Position numbers and translations under genes: made by a program
Shown here: positions 1 to 12,304 of the stretch, in pieces
How positions within the stretch are numbered: the first letter of the stretch is position 1
Layout of the letters: each line of letters starts with the position of its first letter
Notes under the pieces: model-generated
What the model was told of the DNA's origin: nothing
The model's input: the letters and a program-made list of their open reading frames with translations, nothing else
The model's database searches: none
Virus record (IMG/VR): IMGVR_UViG_3300042197_002946
Coordinates: 86,337 to 150,336 of that record
Origin: a virus
Reading direction: 5' to 3' (one strand)
Length of the DNA: 64,000 bases

Positions 1-2538
1 TTTACAGGATCAACCACTACTCCCAGATTTACTGATAAGATTACTAACATATATCGCTCAGCAGCGCTGGGTCAAAATCATATGTTGTTGGTCAACGCTT
101 CGGGAGTTTTAGAGGGTTATGGTGTTAATACACTAAGTCAATCTCTAGGAACCAACACCACAAATATAGTTAAAGTTGCAACAAAATATAATCATAATTT
201 AGCGATTAAAAAAGAAACAGTAGGATCTTCTACAATAGACAGGTTATATTCTTGGGGGGCCAACTTATATGGTCAGTGCGGCCAAGGAACAACATCAGCA
301 TCAATAAATTCAGTAACAGCCATAACTAGCGATAGTAATTCTTATATTGATATTGCTACCGGAGAAAATCATAGTTTAGCTGTTAGATCCAATGGTATGA
401 TGGTAGCTTGTGGGAGAAATGACTTTGGTCAATTAGGCTTAGGCAATACTAATAATCAAACGTCTTTTGTTACTGTGAGTGGCAATATATCTAGTGTTGC
501 TTGTGGGCAATCTCATTCTGCTGCTATTGCTACTGATGGTAAATTGTATACATGGGGCAATAATGGGGTTGGCCAATTAGGTCGAGACCCATCAGTCAGT
601 CCCACAGATACTAATCCAATTGCTGTAAGTGGTTCATCATGGGTCAAAGTTGTTTGTGGCCAGAATTTCACAGCAGCATTAAACAATAGCAACGAGGTAT
701 ACACATGGGGAGATAATACTGTAGGACAATTGGGTAGGAGCGCCTTGGGATCATCTGCTTATACTCCAACTAAAATTAGTGGAGTATGGAATGATATTAG
801 CGCTGGCAATTTGCATATGATAGGAATACAAACAGATGGCACTTTATGGGCTTGGGGATCTAATGTACAATCTCAAGTAGGAGATGGTACCTCTGTTAAT
901 AAAACATCTCCGGTACAGATTGGAGCATATCCTGATAATCAGTGGGAAAGAGTGTTTGCTGGAGGAAATAGTTCGGCGGCCACTAGATCAGGAGCAGTTA
1001 TTGTTATAACATCTCAACCAGCCAACATTGTTGAGTCCAATGATGGTTCTGCTTCTTTCACGATTACTGCTACTATTACTGGTGGAGGATTATTATCATA
1101 TCAGTGGCAAAGAAGCGTTGATGCTGGGCTAACGTTCTCTAATATTGCTGGAGCAACAAACTCAACACTTAGTCTTACCGGACTTAATAATAGTTTTGAT
1201 AACTATAGATATCGTTGTTTAATTACGGGTACCGAAGGTGCATATCCAGTAACATCATCTGCTGCCGTACTCATCGAAAAGAGTGCTTCAGTATACTTTA
1301 GGGGCTTCCAAGCTGCTGATGGGGCAATACCATATAGCATTGGTTCACCTTGGGTTGAGTGGAACGTTGCTAATGACTCATGGAACTATAATTCCACCTC
1401 TGTGCGTAGATCCGGGAGCGCCTCTGATGTATTTGCTAAGAATAGCGGAACAACCTTAAAACAAGTAGTAAGATGTGGCCCTTCGACAGTCGCATTCTTA
1501 TCTTCTGACGGGAGGGTTTGGGTCACAACAACTGGCAACCAATATAACATTTTAACCGCAAGCTATAGTTTCGTAGCAACTATCAACAATCCAGCCGGGG
1601 AGACTATAGTAAAACTAATTGGTAACTATGGCATTTATAGCAGTGCTAGCATATTTGGTAGGGCTTTTTTATGGGGAATAAGCGCTAGTGGTAAACTATA
1701 CGGAATTACCTCCCAATGGCCAGGATCGACTTCGGGATGGAACAGAATAGGTAATGATCTGGTAGTTACTGATGCTGCTGCTTGTCAATATAATGGAACG
1801 CATTATCCAACTGTATATGCTATTTCTGCTATTGATGGAACTTTGTGGGCATGGGGAGACAATAGGCTAATAAACAGCACAACAACGCCTTCTGCTATAC
1901 AAAATGCTACAACTCAGCCAGTTAGAGTAAGTACTGATACATGGTCAGCTGTAGCGGGTAATATTGGAGGCTTCTTTGGTATCAAGAGTGATGGTGCGGT
2001 GTATCGTATAGTAGGACAATGGGGTGGAGGAACAGTGAGCGGACGTAATGGTAGCAATACTACCTCTTTTAATAGCGGAACCCTTGGACTGACTAGCAAT
2101 ACTGTTGTGCCAGTATTAGTAGATAATAGTGTTGCTTATAGCAAGTTAGCTGCTAATAATAGTCTATTGATTGGCTATGATGTTAATAATAAATTACATA
2201 TTAATCCTAATTTTAATGTTGCAAGAGATCTGCCAGTTGGTTGGAATAATATTAGCGATATTTTATTAGGAACAAATACGGCTACCACTCAAGGAGCAGT
2301 TATATTAACAGACAATTATACCAGTAACACAAATATTGCCATGATGCTCACTATTGCAACCTTAACATCTTCCGCCACATACTACCAGTATGGTGCCAAT
2401 AATGCCAACATTTTATGGACCTCAAATACAACAACACCTTGGGGCAACGGAACAACAGCACCAGTAAATGTTAGAGCAGAATTTAAAAATGTAATTCCAG
2501 ACTTTCCAGGTTACTGGCTAGCCATAAAGGATGACTAA
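1..2538 (+). CDS. RCC1-repeat beta-propeller protein with a central Ig-like domain, probable tail/receptor-binding protein (5' truncated by the window)
   Basis: Frame 1 is open from base 1. Multiple RCC1 repeats ([34 protein letters not shown]). Ig-like segment ITSQP...SYQWQRS...YRYRC at ~1003-1275, then a second, degenerate RCC1 region. Confidence 0.8.
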   Translation, partial: FTGSTTTPRFTDKITNIYRSAALGQNHMLLVNASGVLEGYGVNTLSQSLGTNTTNIVKVATKYNHNLAIKKETVGSSTIDRLYSWGANLYGQCGQGTTSASINSVTAITSDSNSYIDIATGENHSLAVRSNGMMVACGRNDFGQLGLGNTNNQTSFVTVSGNISSVACGQSHSAAIATDGKLYTWGNNGVGQLGRDPSVSPTDTNPIAVSGSSWVKVVCGQNFTAALNNSNEVYTWGDNTVGQLGRSALGSSAYTPTKISGVWNDISAGNLHMIGIQTDGTLWAWGSNVQSQVGDGTSVNKTSPVQIGAYPDNQWERVFAGGNSSAATRSGAVIVITSQPANIVESNDGSASFTITATITGGGLLSYQWQRSVDAGLTFSNIAGATNSTLSLTGLNNSFDNYRYRCLITGTEGAYPVTSSAAVLIEKSASVYFRGFQAADGAIPYSIGSPWVEWNVANDSWNYNSTSVRRSGSASDVFAKNSGTTLKQVVRCGPSTVAFLSSDGRVWVTTTGNQYNILTASYSFVATINNPAGETIVKLIGNYGIYSSASIFGRAFLWGISASGKLYGITSQWPGSTSGWNRIGNDLVVTDAAACQYNGTHYPTVYAISAIDGTLWAWGDNRLINSTTTPSAIQNATTQPVRVSTDTWSAVAGNIGGFFGIKSDGAVYRIVGQWGGGTVSGRNGSNTTSFNSGTLGLTSNTVVPVLVDNSVAYSKLAANNSLLIGYDVNNKLHINPNFNVARDLPVGWNNISDILLGTNTATTQGAVILTDNYTSNTNIAMMLTIATLTSSATYYQYGANNANILWTSNTTTPWGNGTTAPVNVRAEFKNVIPDFPGYWLAIKDD

Positions 2539-5500
2539 TGAGAATAGCAGTAAATTATAATGATCTTATACAATATCCATTAACTATTTATAGAGTTGGT
2601 GGAGAATTTACACTAAGAAATGTATCTAATGGTACATTAATTACTCTACCTATAGGATACTCAGATAATTTATCTATTTCTAGTCCTATACTGGTTGGTA
2701 CCGTAGAAGACACATTTAATAATTTTACATATTCCTACGAAGATATTATTGAAAAAGCTCAATTTGAGCATCCTGGCTATACTCAATTAGTATATGCTAG
2801 CTTAGAGTTGGTAATGTTAGATGCTTACTATAAGGTTGTTGCTTATTTAACAACCAATAATACCGGAGCATATGCTCCCACACTTATAGGTCCAGGATAT
2901 CGTGCAACCATCGAATTCGGTAACTTACCACAGATAGATAGCTGTTATGGTCCTGATGACTATTGGGTAATAGGAAAAAAAGATGACAGTAGTGTTTTTA
3001 ATAATATTACGCCATATTCGGTTATAGAACCTGTTTTATTGGTTACGCCCACGCCCACTCCCAGTGCTACCCCCACACTAACGCCAACGATTACACAAAC
3101 CACAACACCTACTTTAACTGCTACTAGTACTCAGACTCCTACGCGAACTCCGGGACCTACCAGATCTCCTACAACAACACCGACAGCATCTATTACTCCA
3201 ACTCGCACTCAAACCACAACGCCCACATCTACTAGTACAGTTACTCCCACCCCAACTACTACAACTACATTAACTCAGTCCAGCACCCCGACTCTCACAC
3301 CAACGCCAACATCCACAACCACACTTACTGCAACACAAACTACCACACCAACACCGACTACCACACCCACATTAACTCCTAGTTTAACTGCTACATCTAC
3401 TCCTACTCCTAGTATTACCACTACTCACACACCCACACAAACTCGTACACCTACTGTTACTCCCACTCCAACAGCATTAGAATCTAACGTACTAGTATGG
3501 GGAGATAATTCTTATAGTCAATTAGGTATGGGGTATTTGCTCAACGATAGGTTTATTGATCCTCCACGCTTAGGAGAACAAACTAATAATAGACTAGCCA
3601 ACTATCAGAATATTTTGAATTATAGAGAAGACGGCACAGATAGTGTTGTTTATTTTAATGCAGTATCCGCGGGTTCTAATTTTAGCGTAGGCATAGATGT
3701 CAGCGGTTCTTTGCATAGCGTTGGGGTTAATGCATGGGGGCAATTAGGATTAGGTAACTTTGAAAGCAAATCAATGTTTACTCGTATCTCCGACCCTTCA
3801 CTTAATGGTGTAGTATTCAAACAAATTAGTTTAGGTAATATGCACGCCATAGCATTAGATTCTGATGGTAATGCATGGTCATGGGGTCGTAATTCCGATG
3901 GTCAATTAGGTAATCATTATTTACCAAGACCAATTAACTCTATGACTACTATTGATTCGGATATTAATTTGTATGATTTTGTAATCAGCTACGATGTAAC
4001 AGATGAGTTTTCATTAAATGACGAAGTTCTGATTGATTATTATAGCGGATCCATACATAAAACTAGTGTTGGTAGAGTATGGACATCTCCTACCTTCAGC
4101 AATAATGAAACAACGATTAGAGTACAGTGGGAAAATTATGAATCTATAGATTTCAGTATAGTCCCTACATTATTATCAAAAACCAAAGTAGATATTGATC
4201 CTGGTTTATTGGCCAACCCTACTCCTAGAAAAATATATGCTTATAAAGAATACAGATATTGCATAGATAATGATACTGTATTTTTTGCTACTCCAACACC
4301 CACACCCACCGTTAGTTACACTACAACAACCACCCCCACCATAACAGCAACGACTACTCCGTCCACAACCACGACGCTTACAGCTACTCCTACCAATACT
4401 TCCACCAATACTCTAACTCCAACTCCTACAGTTAGTCAATCTCCTTCACCGTCGGCATCTCCTGGTCAAACACCCACACCAACGGCCACGCCTACTTCTA
4501 CAACAACTTTGACAGCTACTCCTACAGCTACTTTGACTCTTAGTGCTACTCGTACACAAACCCCCACCAATAGTCCCACGCCGTCTACAACAGTCAGTGT
4601 TACTCCAACAAGCTCAGTAACTCCCACAAATACATCGACTGTTACTCCAACGATGACGGTTACTCCGACCAAGGAAGCTTTCCCTGTGTTAACAATATAT
4701 GGAGACATTAGATCTATTTTAACTAATAGCAATAAATCTACTGTCATGTTGAATGTATACGATGAAAATTCTAGTCCTGCATTGTTATATAAAGCTAAAA
4801 TTCTGGATGTTGAGTGGTTATCAAATTTTGGAATAACCAAAGTTCGTATCGATCATCCAATGATATCAACTATTGATCCCAAAAAGATGAAATATGTTTC
4901 TATTGTTCGCTTTAATAATGGATCCTCTTACGAATACGAATCTTTTGCTAGAGTACATGCCGGAGAGTCACACTCCATGGCTCTTGATACTAATGGCCGT
5001 TTGTTTGTATGCGGTAGTAACAAGTATGGGCAGCTGGGTCTTGGTTTAATTCAAGAGCTAGACGACGCTAGAGAACTACGCCTAGTGAATGGCAAACCAG
5101 TAGTTCGTATTGGATTAACTACAACAATGAAATTAGTGAATCCTCCTCCTGGACGAGGCTATTGTTATAATAGAGGATTTAAATGGAAAAAGATATCCTT
5201 GGGTCGTTTTCATACGCTAGCTTTAGATGCTTTAGGTCAATTATGGGTCTGGGGAGACAATGATTTCGGACAGCTAGGCTTGGGAGACTCTACAACACTA
5301 TTAGCCAAGGCTATTGTGGTACAGGAAAATTATCCTTCTATTGGAAGCATAGGAGAAAGAGACTTGCCAGATAGAGCTAATGTTGTTATTCCATATTCTC
5401 CATTACCATTTAAAATTTATGTATTGCAAGACAACTATTCTGATGTACAAAACCAAAGCATTGAAACAGACTATTGGTTGGATATTGCTGCAGGAGCTTA

Positions 5501-6062
5501 TCATAATCTAGCTATTAAGAAAGAATTTTCTAGTATAACATCTTACGGTTCATTATGGGCGTGGGGCGATAATACTTTTGGTCAATTAGCTAGAGTAAAT
5601 ACTTCTCCCAAGATTGTAGCTACCAACGCTAACGAAATAGATATATCTCAAGTAGATTTCGGTTTTGTTAACAACGATAATAGTCGTAACTATTGGAAGA
5701 GGGTTTATGCTGGTCGTATAACATCATTTGCTTTGAAATCAACTGATGGTAAACTATATTCTTGGGGCGAAAGTAATCTAGGTCAAACCGGTAATGTTAC
5801 ATCTAGAGCAGCTTTAGCTAGTTCTATACGTAATATTCCATCGGTTGTGAATCTGCCAAGAATACCTTTTGAATTACCCACCAGCGCTAGCGGCCCATGG
5901 GGTATTATTAATGTAAGCAATGATGTGGATCAAATAGATAATATTGGTATAGGACATTTGGCTAATCATATATTAGTGATACCAAATAGATTATTTCCCA
6001 CGCCAACACCGACGCCTAGTGTGACGGCATCGATCACGCCCACGCCGTCATCTAGTGGATAG
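2538..6062 (+). CDS. RCC1-repeat protein with mucin-like Thr/Pro-rich tracts, probable virion surface protein
   Basis: RCC1 motifs ([34 protein letters not shown]). Two long TPT-rich tracts and a TP-rich C-terminus. TAATG overlap with the upstream gene. Confidence 0.8.
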   Translation: MRIAVNYNDLIQYPLTIYRVGGEFTLRNVSNGTLITLPIGYSDNLSISSPILVGTVEDTFNNFTYSYEDIIEKAQFEHPGYTQLVYASLELVMLDAYYKVVAYLTTNNTGAYAPTLIGPGYRATIEFGNLPQIDSCYGPDDYWVIGKKDDSSVFNNITPYSVIEPVLLVTPTPTPSATPTLTPTITQTTTPTLTATSTQTPTRTPGPTRSPTTTPTASITPTRTQTTTPTSTSTVTPTPTTTTTLTQSSTPTLTPTPTSTTTLTATQTTTPTPTTTPTLTPSLTATSTPTPSITTTHTPTQTRTPTVTPTPTALESNVLVWGDNSYSQLGMGYLLNDRFIDPPRLGEQTNNRLANYQNILNYREDGTDSVVYFNAVSAGSNFSVGIDVSGSLHSVGVNAWGQLGLGNFESKSMFTRISDPSLNGVVFKQISLGNMHAIALDSDGNAWSWGRNSDGQLGNHYLPRPINSMTTIDSDINLYDFVISYDVTDEFSLNDEVLIDYYSGSIHKTSVGRVWTSPTFSNNETTIRVQWENYESIDFSIVPTLLSKTKVDIDPGLLANPTPRKIYAYKEYRYCIDNDTVFFATPTPTPTVSYTTTTTPTITATTTPSTTTTLTATPTNTSTNTLTPTPTVSQSPSPSASPGQTPTPTATPTSTTTLTATPTATLTLSATRTQTPTNSPTPSTTVSVTPTSSVTPTNTSTVTPTMTVTPTKEAFPVLTIYGDIRSILTNSNKSTVMLNVYDENSSPALLYKAKILDVEWLSNFGITKVRIDHPMISTIDPKKMKYVSIVRFNNGSSYEYESFARVHAGESHSMALDTNGRLFVCGSNKYGQLGLGLIQELDDARELRLVNGKPVVRIGLTTTMKLVNPPPGRGYCYNRGFKWKKISLGRFHTLALDALGQLWVWGDNDFGQLGLGDSTTLLAKAIVVQENYPSIGSIGERDLPDRANVVIPYSPLPFKIYVLQDNYSDVQNQSIETDYWLDIAAGAYHNLAIKKEFSSITSYGSLWAWGDNTFGQLARVNTSPKIVATNANEIDISQVDFGFVNNDNSRNYWKRVYAGRITSFALKSTDGKLYSWGESNLGQTGNVTSRAALASSIRNIPSVVNLPRIPFELPTSASGPWGIINVSNDVDQIDNIGIGHLANHILVIPNRLFPTPTPTPSVTASITPTPSSSG
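3045..3473 (+). repeat. Thr/Pro-rich low-complexity coding repeat (TPTPT...)
   Basis: About 140 codons almost entirely T/P/S, with degenerate codon usage. Confidence 0.9.
4290..4670 (+). repeat. Second Thr/Pro-rich low-complexity coding repeat
   Basis: About 125 codons of T/P/S/V inserted between RCC1 repeats. Confidence 0.9.
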
Positions 6063-6097
6063 TATATAATTTACAAATTATTATATAGGATATAATT

Positions 6098-8164
6098 ATG
6101 GGAGTAAAGATATGGTATGATGGAGTAGATCTGAGTAAGTTCGGACCTACACCATTTATCAACATGAGTAAAACAACCAATAGAGATAGTGCTAATGTAC
6201 ATATCTTATCAGAGACTATTAATATTACCATAGAGGGTAAAATCACTGCTTATAAAAAAGGAGTAAGTGAAGCGAGCCATAAGCCAGGAATAGATCGATT
6301 ATTAGAAGATGAAAAACAATTACGTCATTTATTTAGTAGAGATGGGGTTTTGGTGGTCTCGTGCGCTCCTGATAATACAACTCAAACTTTTGCTACCGCT
6401 TTTTCTGCTGGAAAATTTGGATTTAATTGGGATGACCAAGTTCGTTCTGCTACTGGTGCTATTGGCAAAGGTTTAGTATGCAAGGTTACCAACTATCAAA
6501 TATCTAAAACAGAAGACAATTGGGTACAGAGTATTGATTATTCTATTGAATTACAATGTAGTCATTCTAAAAACGCCACTCTACCACATGCTCTCAGCTA
6601 TACTATTAGTAGTTATAGTGACGAATGGACGATAGAGCCAATAGAAGACACTTCTTACTATCATTTACAAGTACTCAACAATAACCCTAATACTGCCACA
6701 TCCGCACCTAATTGGCCAGCAGGAGTTAATAAATTGGATAATTTAATTCAGTTTAGAATAAGTCATAGATTAAGTGCTCAGGGCTTGTCTGCTCCTACTG
6801 GACAATATTCGGCCGGAAATGCTCCTGGTTCGACTAGCAACCACAACGAATCTGCCTGGTATAATGCAAAAAGATTTATCGAAGAACATTTAAAAATGCC
6901 CCATAATAATATTAATCATGTATTTTTGGCATATAACAATGGAGGATTTGGTCAACATAGCTATACTACAGAGGGAAATGTTACAGGTGGCAAATCGCAA
7001 GCTGAAGAAATATATTTATATAATCATGTAAGAGCTGTAAATGTAAGCGAATCTAACGGAACTTATGACTTAACAGATACGTGGTTAGCGCTAAGTAAGC
7101 CAACACACTATTTAGAAGATTATAGTGTTGAGGTTACGCAAGACACTAATTTTAATGTTACTGCTAGAATTAATGGTAGTGTACAAGGATTGGAAATTAA
7201 AAAAGCAGGATATCAACAGGGAGCACCTATGGGACAGACAACTAATCATAATGGCTATAATGGTAGCACTACATTAGGATTAGATTTTAGTAAAATTGAT
7301 TTACAAAACATGAATGAGGGTGCTATCTATGCAACTAAATATACTAATGCTTTGGAAGCTTGGAGAAATTATGTGGAACCATTATTATATGCTAGAACTA
7401 ATAGTTTAGCTATGTATATGGTTCAGGGGCATACTACGACTGTTCCTGCTGGTAGTAATGATATAGGTAATACAAAGACCCCATTGGCAAGGAGCGTATG
7501 GAATGGAGCTACTGCTGCGGTGACTGATGGAGGTACCTTTCAGATTAGATATCCTCAGAATAATGCTGGTACGTGTGATTATATAGACAAAAAAGAAAAT
7601 ATTATTCTAGATACGCGATTTGTTAATAAAACTATAGGTAGCGATCCTAGTCGAGGCACCATAACATATAGTTGTGAATTTAATAATAGACGAGGAGCTA
7701 ACCAGCTCAAAGGAGCTACTATTTTATCTATGAGTATCCAAGACAGTAAACCGGCTGATGTTGTGGCAGAAATGTTTGTGTTAGGACGCAAAAGAGGGCC
7801 AATATTACAAGATACAGGAAGTAAAACAGCCAAAACACGACAAGTAAGTATTGAAGTACAAACACCAATACCAAGAAATATGGCAGAATTTGATATGAGA
7901 TATAGTGCTTGTCCAATGTGGACAGGAGGTATTGTTTATAAAGATCTTATGAATATTATAGATATGTTAAGACCAGTATTACCGGATACATGGACCCCTG
8001 TTAAATTAGAGGAACTAGCAGCAAAAGAGGCTGCTGCCGGTAGGTCTATTGCTTTGATTAATGGCTCGTATGCCGGACAGGTGTATATTAAATCAGACGA
8101 TGAAACATGGAACCCAATTGAAGGACGTTTTTCCAAGAATATTACTTGGGTTTATGATGCTTAA
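6098..8164 (+). CDS. Putative virion structural (tail/baseplate-region) protein
   Basis: 688 aa ORF with an AGGA RBS and beta-rich character, inside the structural block. No diagnostic motif recognised. Confidence 0.5.
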   Translation: MGVKIWYDGVDLSKFGPTPFINMSKTTNRDSANVHILSETINITIEGKITAYKKGVSEASHKPGIDRLLEDEKQLRHLFSRDGVLVVSCAPDNTTQTFATAFSAGKFGFNWDDQVRSATGAIGKGLVCKVTNYQISKTEDNWVQSIDYSIELQCSHSKNATLPHALSYTISSYSDEWTIEPIEDTSYYHLQVLNNNPNTATSAPNWPAGVNKLDNLIQFRISHRLSAQGLSAPTGQYSAGNAPGSTSNHNESAWYNAKRFIEEHLKMPHNNINHVFLAYNNGGFGQHSYTTEGNVTGGKSQAEEIYLYNHVRAVNVSESNGTYDLTDTWLALSKPTHYLEDYSVEVTQDTNFNVTARINGSVQGLEIKKAGYQQGAPMGQTTNHNGYNGSTTLGLDFSKIDLQNMNEGAIYATKYTNALEAWRNYVEPLLYARTNSLAMYMVQGHTTTVPAGSNDIGNTKTPLARSVWNGATAAVTDGGTFQIRYPQNNAGTCDYIDKKENIILDTRFVNKTIGSDPSRGTITYSCEFNNRRGANQLKGATILSMSIQDSKPADVVAEMFVLGRKRGPILQDTGSKTAKTRQVSIEVQTPIPRNMAEFDMRYSACPMWTGGIVYKDLMNIIDMLRPVLPDTWTPVKLEELAAKEAAAGRSIALINGSYAGQVYIKSDDETWNPIEGRFSKNITWVYDA

Positions 8165-8178
8165 TAAAAGGACAAGAC

Positions 8179-11100
8179 ATGACCTATGTGCCTCCGCCAG
8201 ATCCTCAGTGTAGCCCTGTTCCTTTAGGGGTACAACAGCCAGGACCTAATAACAATTATAGAACACATATTAGTAATTTTATGGCACCAGAAGGTGTTGA
8301 TCGGGTAACTCCTACGAAAACACCTGCCGTCCCCGCTCCTACGCCTACGCCAGGATCGCGCACTGCTCTAAATTTATGGGGTAATAATCCTAAACCACCT
8401 ATTGTTACTAAAACAGCAACTCAGACAGCTACTGCTTCTAATCCTATTAATCCTGTTGATGATCCAGCATCTATTGTTCCGCGAGGCAATATTGATACTG
8501 GCTTAGCTCTACCTAGTAATATATATGGGCCATATCCTCAAACTTTATTTTTAGGATGCAGCGTGGCTAGTTTTAATGTGAGTTTAGGTTGGGGTAATCA
8601 ACCATCCCAACTATCTGTAACACTGGTAGAAGACCCAAGTCCTCATTATACGATGACATACGATGGTGGCATATACCGTACAGCAGCAATAGCTCAGCAG
8701 TCTTCCGTAAATCACTACTATCAAACACTAAAACCATTAAGAAATGCTCAAGGAGTAGTCATAGAAGATGCTAAGGCTTATAAAACTAGAATAGCTTCTT
8801 TTTTAGACACAAATGGAAATGTAATAATTCCTGGCAAATTATTTTATCATTATAATACTACTTTAGGAAAAATCGAACAAAAATATTGGTTAGGACCAGA
8901 CCCAGGATTTATCGGTGGTCGTAATAAATTTCGTCGTGAAAACAGAGTAGTTACTGGTACAGATCCTATCACTGGTCAAACAAATGTTGAACTTGGCGAA
9001 ACTGTGGATATTATAGGATGTCCAGTATACTTTCAATTAGATGACTTCGTTTTTTGTGGCATTATTAAATCATGGAAGAGTATTAATTCTGGAACAGGTG
9101 GACGATCTTATACCGTAGATATAGAAGGTGCTAATGATATTGTTAATCAAGCTCAATTAATACTTAGTAATTATGCTGGTGGAGTATTTGTAAAAAGCAA
9201 TGATTCTCCACCTGCAGATGGAGATAGTAGACCCGCTATATCTGGACCATCTAACGATTTTTGGAATAGTGACGTAGATTTGGATACAGCTTTTCAGGGA
9301 AATGTGGGCTTGGATGGCAATATTCCTAATATTATAAATATATATGGCTTTTTGGAGGCTATGGCTCCAGGGGGTTTTGGAGGAGCAAATATTAATGATA
9401 GTGGAATTAAAACTAATAGTGTGATATATGCTTTAAATTATCTATTGGGTATACCCGTCACTTCGACCAATAAACCAGGAGAAACTACTCGCAGTGTGTT
9501 TAGTCCTTTTGGAGCTTTGGTTGGTCGTAGTCCAATGAGTGCTACGCCACGAGAAACTCCGGTTGATACTTTGCCCATGGTCATTTATACTACTAGCGGA
9601 GATGTGCCCAAGGCGAGAAACTCTATTCATCCCGTTAACCTTGGTCCTACTGGTAGCGCCCTAAGCTTTCCTCAAAGTAGAGTTAGAGAATCCTCTGCAA
9701 CAGGCAAATCTGTAGCTGGTACAGTATCGGGCTTTTTAGAGATCGGAGATGATGGCACAGTTTATAGAAACAGTGCTCCAGTTTCCGCAGACAATAGCGG
9801 TATAGAATATAACATTTTCGATTTTGGTCTTATACCGCCAGACGATATTAGTGCCACTATTCCTGTTGGCGGTAATAATGCTATTGTTAATCAGCAATAT
9901 AAACAATTATATTATTTGGATCTAGGGGAGCTACCTGTTGTACCCACGCAATTACGTACCGATTGTTCTCAGTCAGTTATAGATTTGAACTCTTTTATTA
10001 CTGAAATTTGTGATAAGTCTGGAGTGGACTTTTTTTATGAAATGTTATTTTTAAAGGTCTACAACAATTATCCTGCAATTAAAATTATCAAGCTACGCAC
10101 AGTATCTCGTAGGGTACAACCTTCGGATAGGAAGATATCTGATTATATAGCTAGACTAAGAGAGCAGAAGGTTGCTGTTAGTTCGGTGAGTTTAGGCAAA
10201 GAATACAATTCCTCCGCTAAGCCACGCACCATGTTAATAGGAGCTAAACAACAACGATTATTTCAAACCAAAAATTATGGATTGGCTTATAGAGCTAGTA
10301 ATTATCTATATGACACTATCAACAAAAGATTTATCAGCTACTCTGATAATGTTCGCAGTCATCCTCATGGTAAATTGCGTAACTATTATAGGATACCCAA
10401 TCCATCTTCTGTTCGAGATCCATTAGCCTTAAACAGAACCACAACAATCACTAGGTCTAATGAGAGACCAGTATCTAATTTTTATCTACAAGAGTCTTCT
10501 TGGAATTCTATTGATGGAGACAACGATATTTTTCCCGCTCGTGGCAATTATTATTTATCGAATTCTAATATTAGCACAACAACTACAGATACTTCAAATA
10601 TACCAACTAAATTAACTCTATCCAGCATAAAATACTCTGATGTGTTTATAGAACACATAGCTAAAACACTATTCTCATGGGCGCACTCCTCTTTCGTAAG
10701 CTCCTCACAGGATCATACTCTGACCCGTACTCTTCATCAGGCCCTAGCTTTTTGGATTACCTCATATACCGGAGCTAGTCCGTTCGAAACATCATCATCC
10801 AATAATAGTCGTAATGCTGGAACAGAAGCTACTATTTTATCTAACTTTGCTCGCGCCATAGCAGAAATAGGATATAATGTTTGGAATACTAGAAATAACA
10901 GTCATTATTTTAAAAATAGACTACAGTATTTAGTTAATAAAGATGTGCCATGGTTTAGAGATGATGGATTTACCAGATTCTTCCCTATTATGTATAATAG
11001 TATTTGTCCATATTTTGGCACTGTGGATTATATCGATAAAACCAAAACCCAATACGTTACTGTTGATAAAACGCGCAAGCCTCGTCCAGTTTGGTTTGAT

Positions 11101-12288
11101 ACTTGGCTTAATGGATTAGTGATAGAATTTAATGTTAAAGAATTACCTATTACGCGATTAGAACTACAAGGTATTTATAATGGTGGTACTTTTATAGTGC
11201 ATGAAACTGAGATCAGGGCGGCAATGGCTGGTTATGATAATTGGATGGCTTATTTAAGTATGAGAATTCATGATCCTCATATAAAACAAATGGTAAAAAA
11301 TGCCGTTTGTGGGAATGGAAACATTCCTCCTGTTCCCAAAAAAGAACGACAAGCAACTAGAAGGAATGAACCATCTGCTCCTGGAGCGGCAGATGTAGGG
11401 GACACTTCTACTAATTTTGGAGGACAAGGAGCAAACAAGCCACAGCAAAAAGATACTCGCTCAGATTGGCAAACCACATCAGACAATGACTGGGATGCTT
11501 GTGCTATTTTTTGTGCATTATTTAATATACAAACATCTCTGAATAACAAAACTAAAAGTGCTAATGCTGGAGCAGCTACTCCTAAGAATAGGAGATCTGG
11601 TTTACAAAGCGCTCTATATGACGACCTCAATACTCTTCATTCTTTTTTTAAGAAAATCGGTGACGAGTACTATGGCAAAAAATTTATGGTAAGATTACCC
11701 ATGATATTATCATATAGAGATAGAGACACTATGATTAATATGGATCCAAGACCAACGCCAACACCCGCTCCTAATGCAGCTAATACCGGATCTACTACCC
11801 CTCCTTCTGGCGGCCCAAATCCGGGAACAAGTAATCCTGGCAGCGATCCATCATCTAATCCTAATGCTGGTTCGATTCCATCTGCAAACTATACTTATAT
11901 TAATATTGGATCATCGGAGAATCCAAGATATATCACAGAAGGTAGTGGCAAAGTGTACTCCAATTATAACATTAGTCCAGAAGGAGCTTGGGAAGAGTAT
12001 GGCAATAGTATAGACGATTGTATCATGGTTGGAGGATATGCCGCTTCTATTTTTACAGATGATAGTGGCAGAATAAAACCCATACTTGGCTATCCGGCTG
12101 ATGATAAGTTTGATCACGAAGCATTTTGGTGTTGTGAATGGGTACGAGATAATGTATGCAAATTAGTAAATGGCCCAAATATGTTTTACTATTATGATAT
12201 ACTTAAAAGATCTAATGCTCTATCCAATGCTTCTAGATATACAGACTTTCCTGGAAATGATGATAACAACTCTAATGCTTGCACTTAA
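8179..12288 (+). CDS. Large putative structural protein (tail/baseplate hub-like)
   Basis: 1369 aa with an AAGGA RBS and P/T-rich low-complexity insertions. Role inferred from context only. Confidence 0.5.
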   Translation: MTYVPPPDPQCSPVPLGVQQPGPNNNYRTHISNFMAPEGVDRVTPTKTPAVPAPTPTPGSRTALNLWGNNPKPPIVTKTATQTATASNPINPVDDPASIVPRGNIDTGLALPSNIYGPYPQTLFLGCSVASFNVSLGWGNQPSQLSVTLVEDPSPHYTMTYDGGIYRTAAIAQQSSVNHYYQTLKPLRNAQGVVIEDAKAYKTRIASFLDTNGNVIIPGKLFYHYNTTLGKIEQKYWLGPDPGFIGGRNKFRRENRVVTGTDPITGQTNVELGETVDIIGCPVYFQLDDFVFCGIIKSWKSINSGTGGRSYTVDIEGANDIVNQAQLILSNYAGGVFVKSNDSPPADGDSRPAISGPSNDFWNSDVDLDTAFQGNVGLDGNIPNIINIYGFLEAMAPGGFGGANINDSGIKTNSVIYALNYLLGIPVTSTNKPGETTRSVFSPFGALVGRSPMSATPRETPVDTLPMVIYTTSGDVPKARNSIHPVNLGPTGSALSFPQSRVRESSATGKSVAGTVSGFLEIGDDGTVYRNSAPVSADNSGIEYNIFDFGLIPPDDISATIPVGGNNAIVNQQYKQLYYLDLGELPVVPTQLRTDCSQSVIDLNSFITEICDKSGVDFFYEMLFLKVYNNYPAIKIIKLRTVSRRVQPSDRKISDYIARLREQKVAVSSVSLGKEYNSSAKPRTMLIGAKQQRLFQTKNYGLAYRASNYLYDTINKRFISYSDNVRSHPHGKLRNYYRIPNPSSVRDPLALNRTTTITRSNERPVSNFYLQESSWNSIDGDNDIFPARGNYYLSNSNISTTTTDTSNIPTKLTLSSIKYSDVFIEHIAKTLFSWAHSSFVSSSQDHTLTRTLHQALAFWITSYTGASPFETSSSNNSRNAGTEATILSNFARAIAEIGYNVWNTRNNSHYFKNRLQYLVNKDVPWFRDDGFTRFFPIMYNSICPYFGTVDYIDKTKTQYVTVDKTRKPRPVWFDTWLNGLVIEFNVKELPITRLELQGIYNGGTFIVHETEIRAAMAGYDNWMAYLSMRIHDPHIKQMVKNAVCGNGNIPPVPKKERQATRRNEPSAPGAADVGDTSTNFGGQGANKPQQKDTRSDWQTTSDNDWDACAIFCALFNIQTSLNNKTKSANAGAATPKNRRSGLQSALYDDLNTLHSFFKKIGDEYYGKKFMVRLPMILSYRDRDTMINMDPRPTPTPAPNAANTGSTTPPSGGPNPGTSNPGSDPSSNPNAGSIPSANYTYINIGSSENPRYITEGSGKVYSNYNISPEGAWEEYGNSIDDCIMVGGYAASIFTDDSGRIKPILGYPADDKFDHEAFWCCEWVRDNVCKLVNGPNMFYYYDILKRSNALSNASRYTDFPGNDDNNSNACT

Positions 12289-12304
12289 AAGGCGATAAAA
12301 TATT

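Noticed and set aside
4466-4840. 124-aa Val/Gly-rich minus-strand ORF, and the many other short antisense or nested ORFs in the track
   Set aside because: This ORF is the antisense shadow of the Thr/Pro repeat. The others lie inside longer, motif-supported genes.
1-6062. Eukaryotic or giant-virus (NCLDV) origin suggested by RCC1 and mucin-like repeats
   Set aside because: Shine-Dalgarno sites, sigma70 promoters, overlapping operons and bacterial-type DnaE, DnaB, DnaG, SSB and PhoH indicate a bacteriophage.
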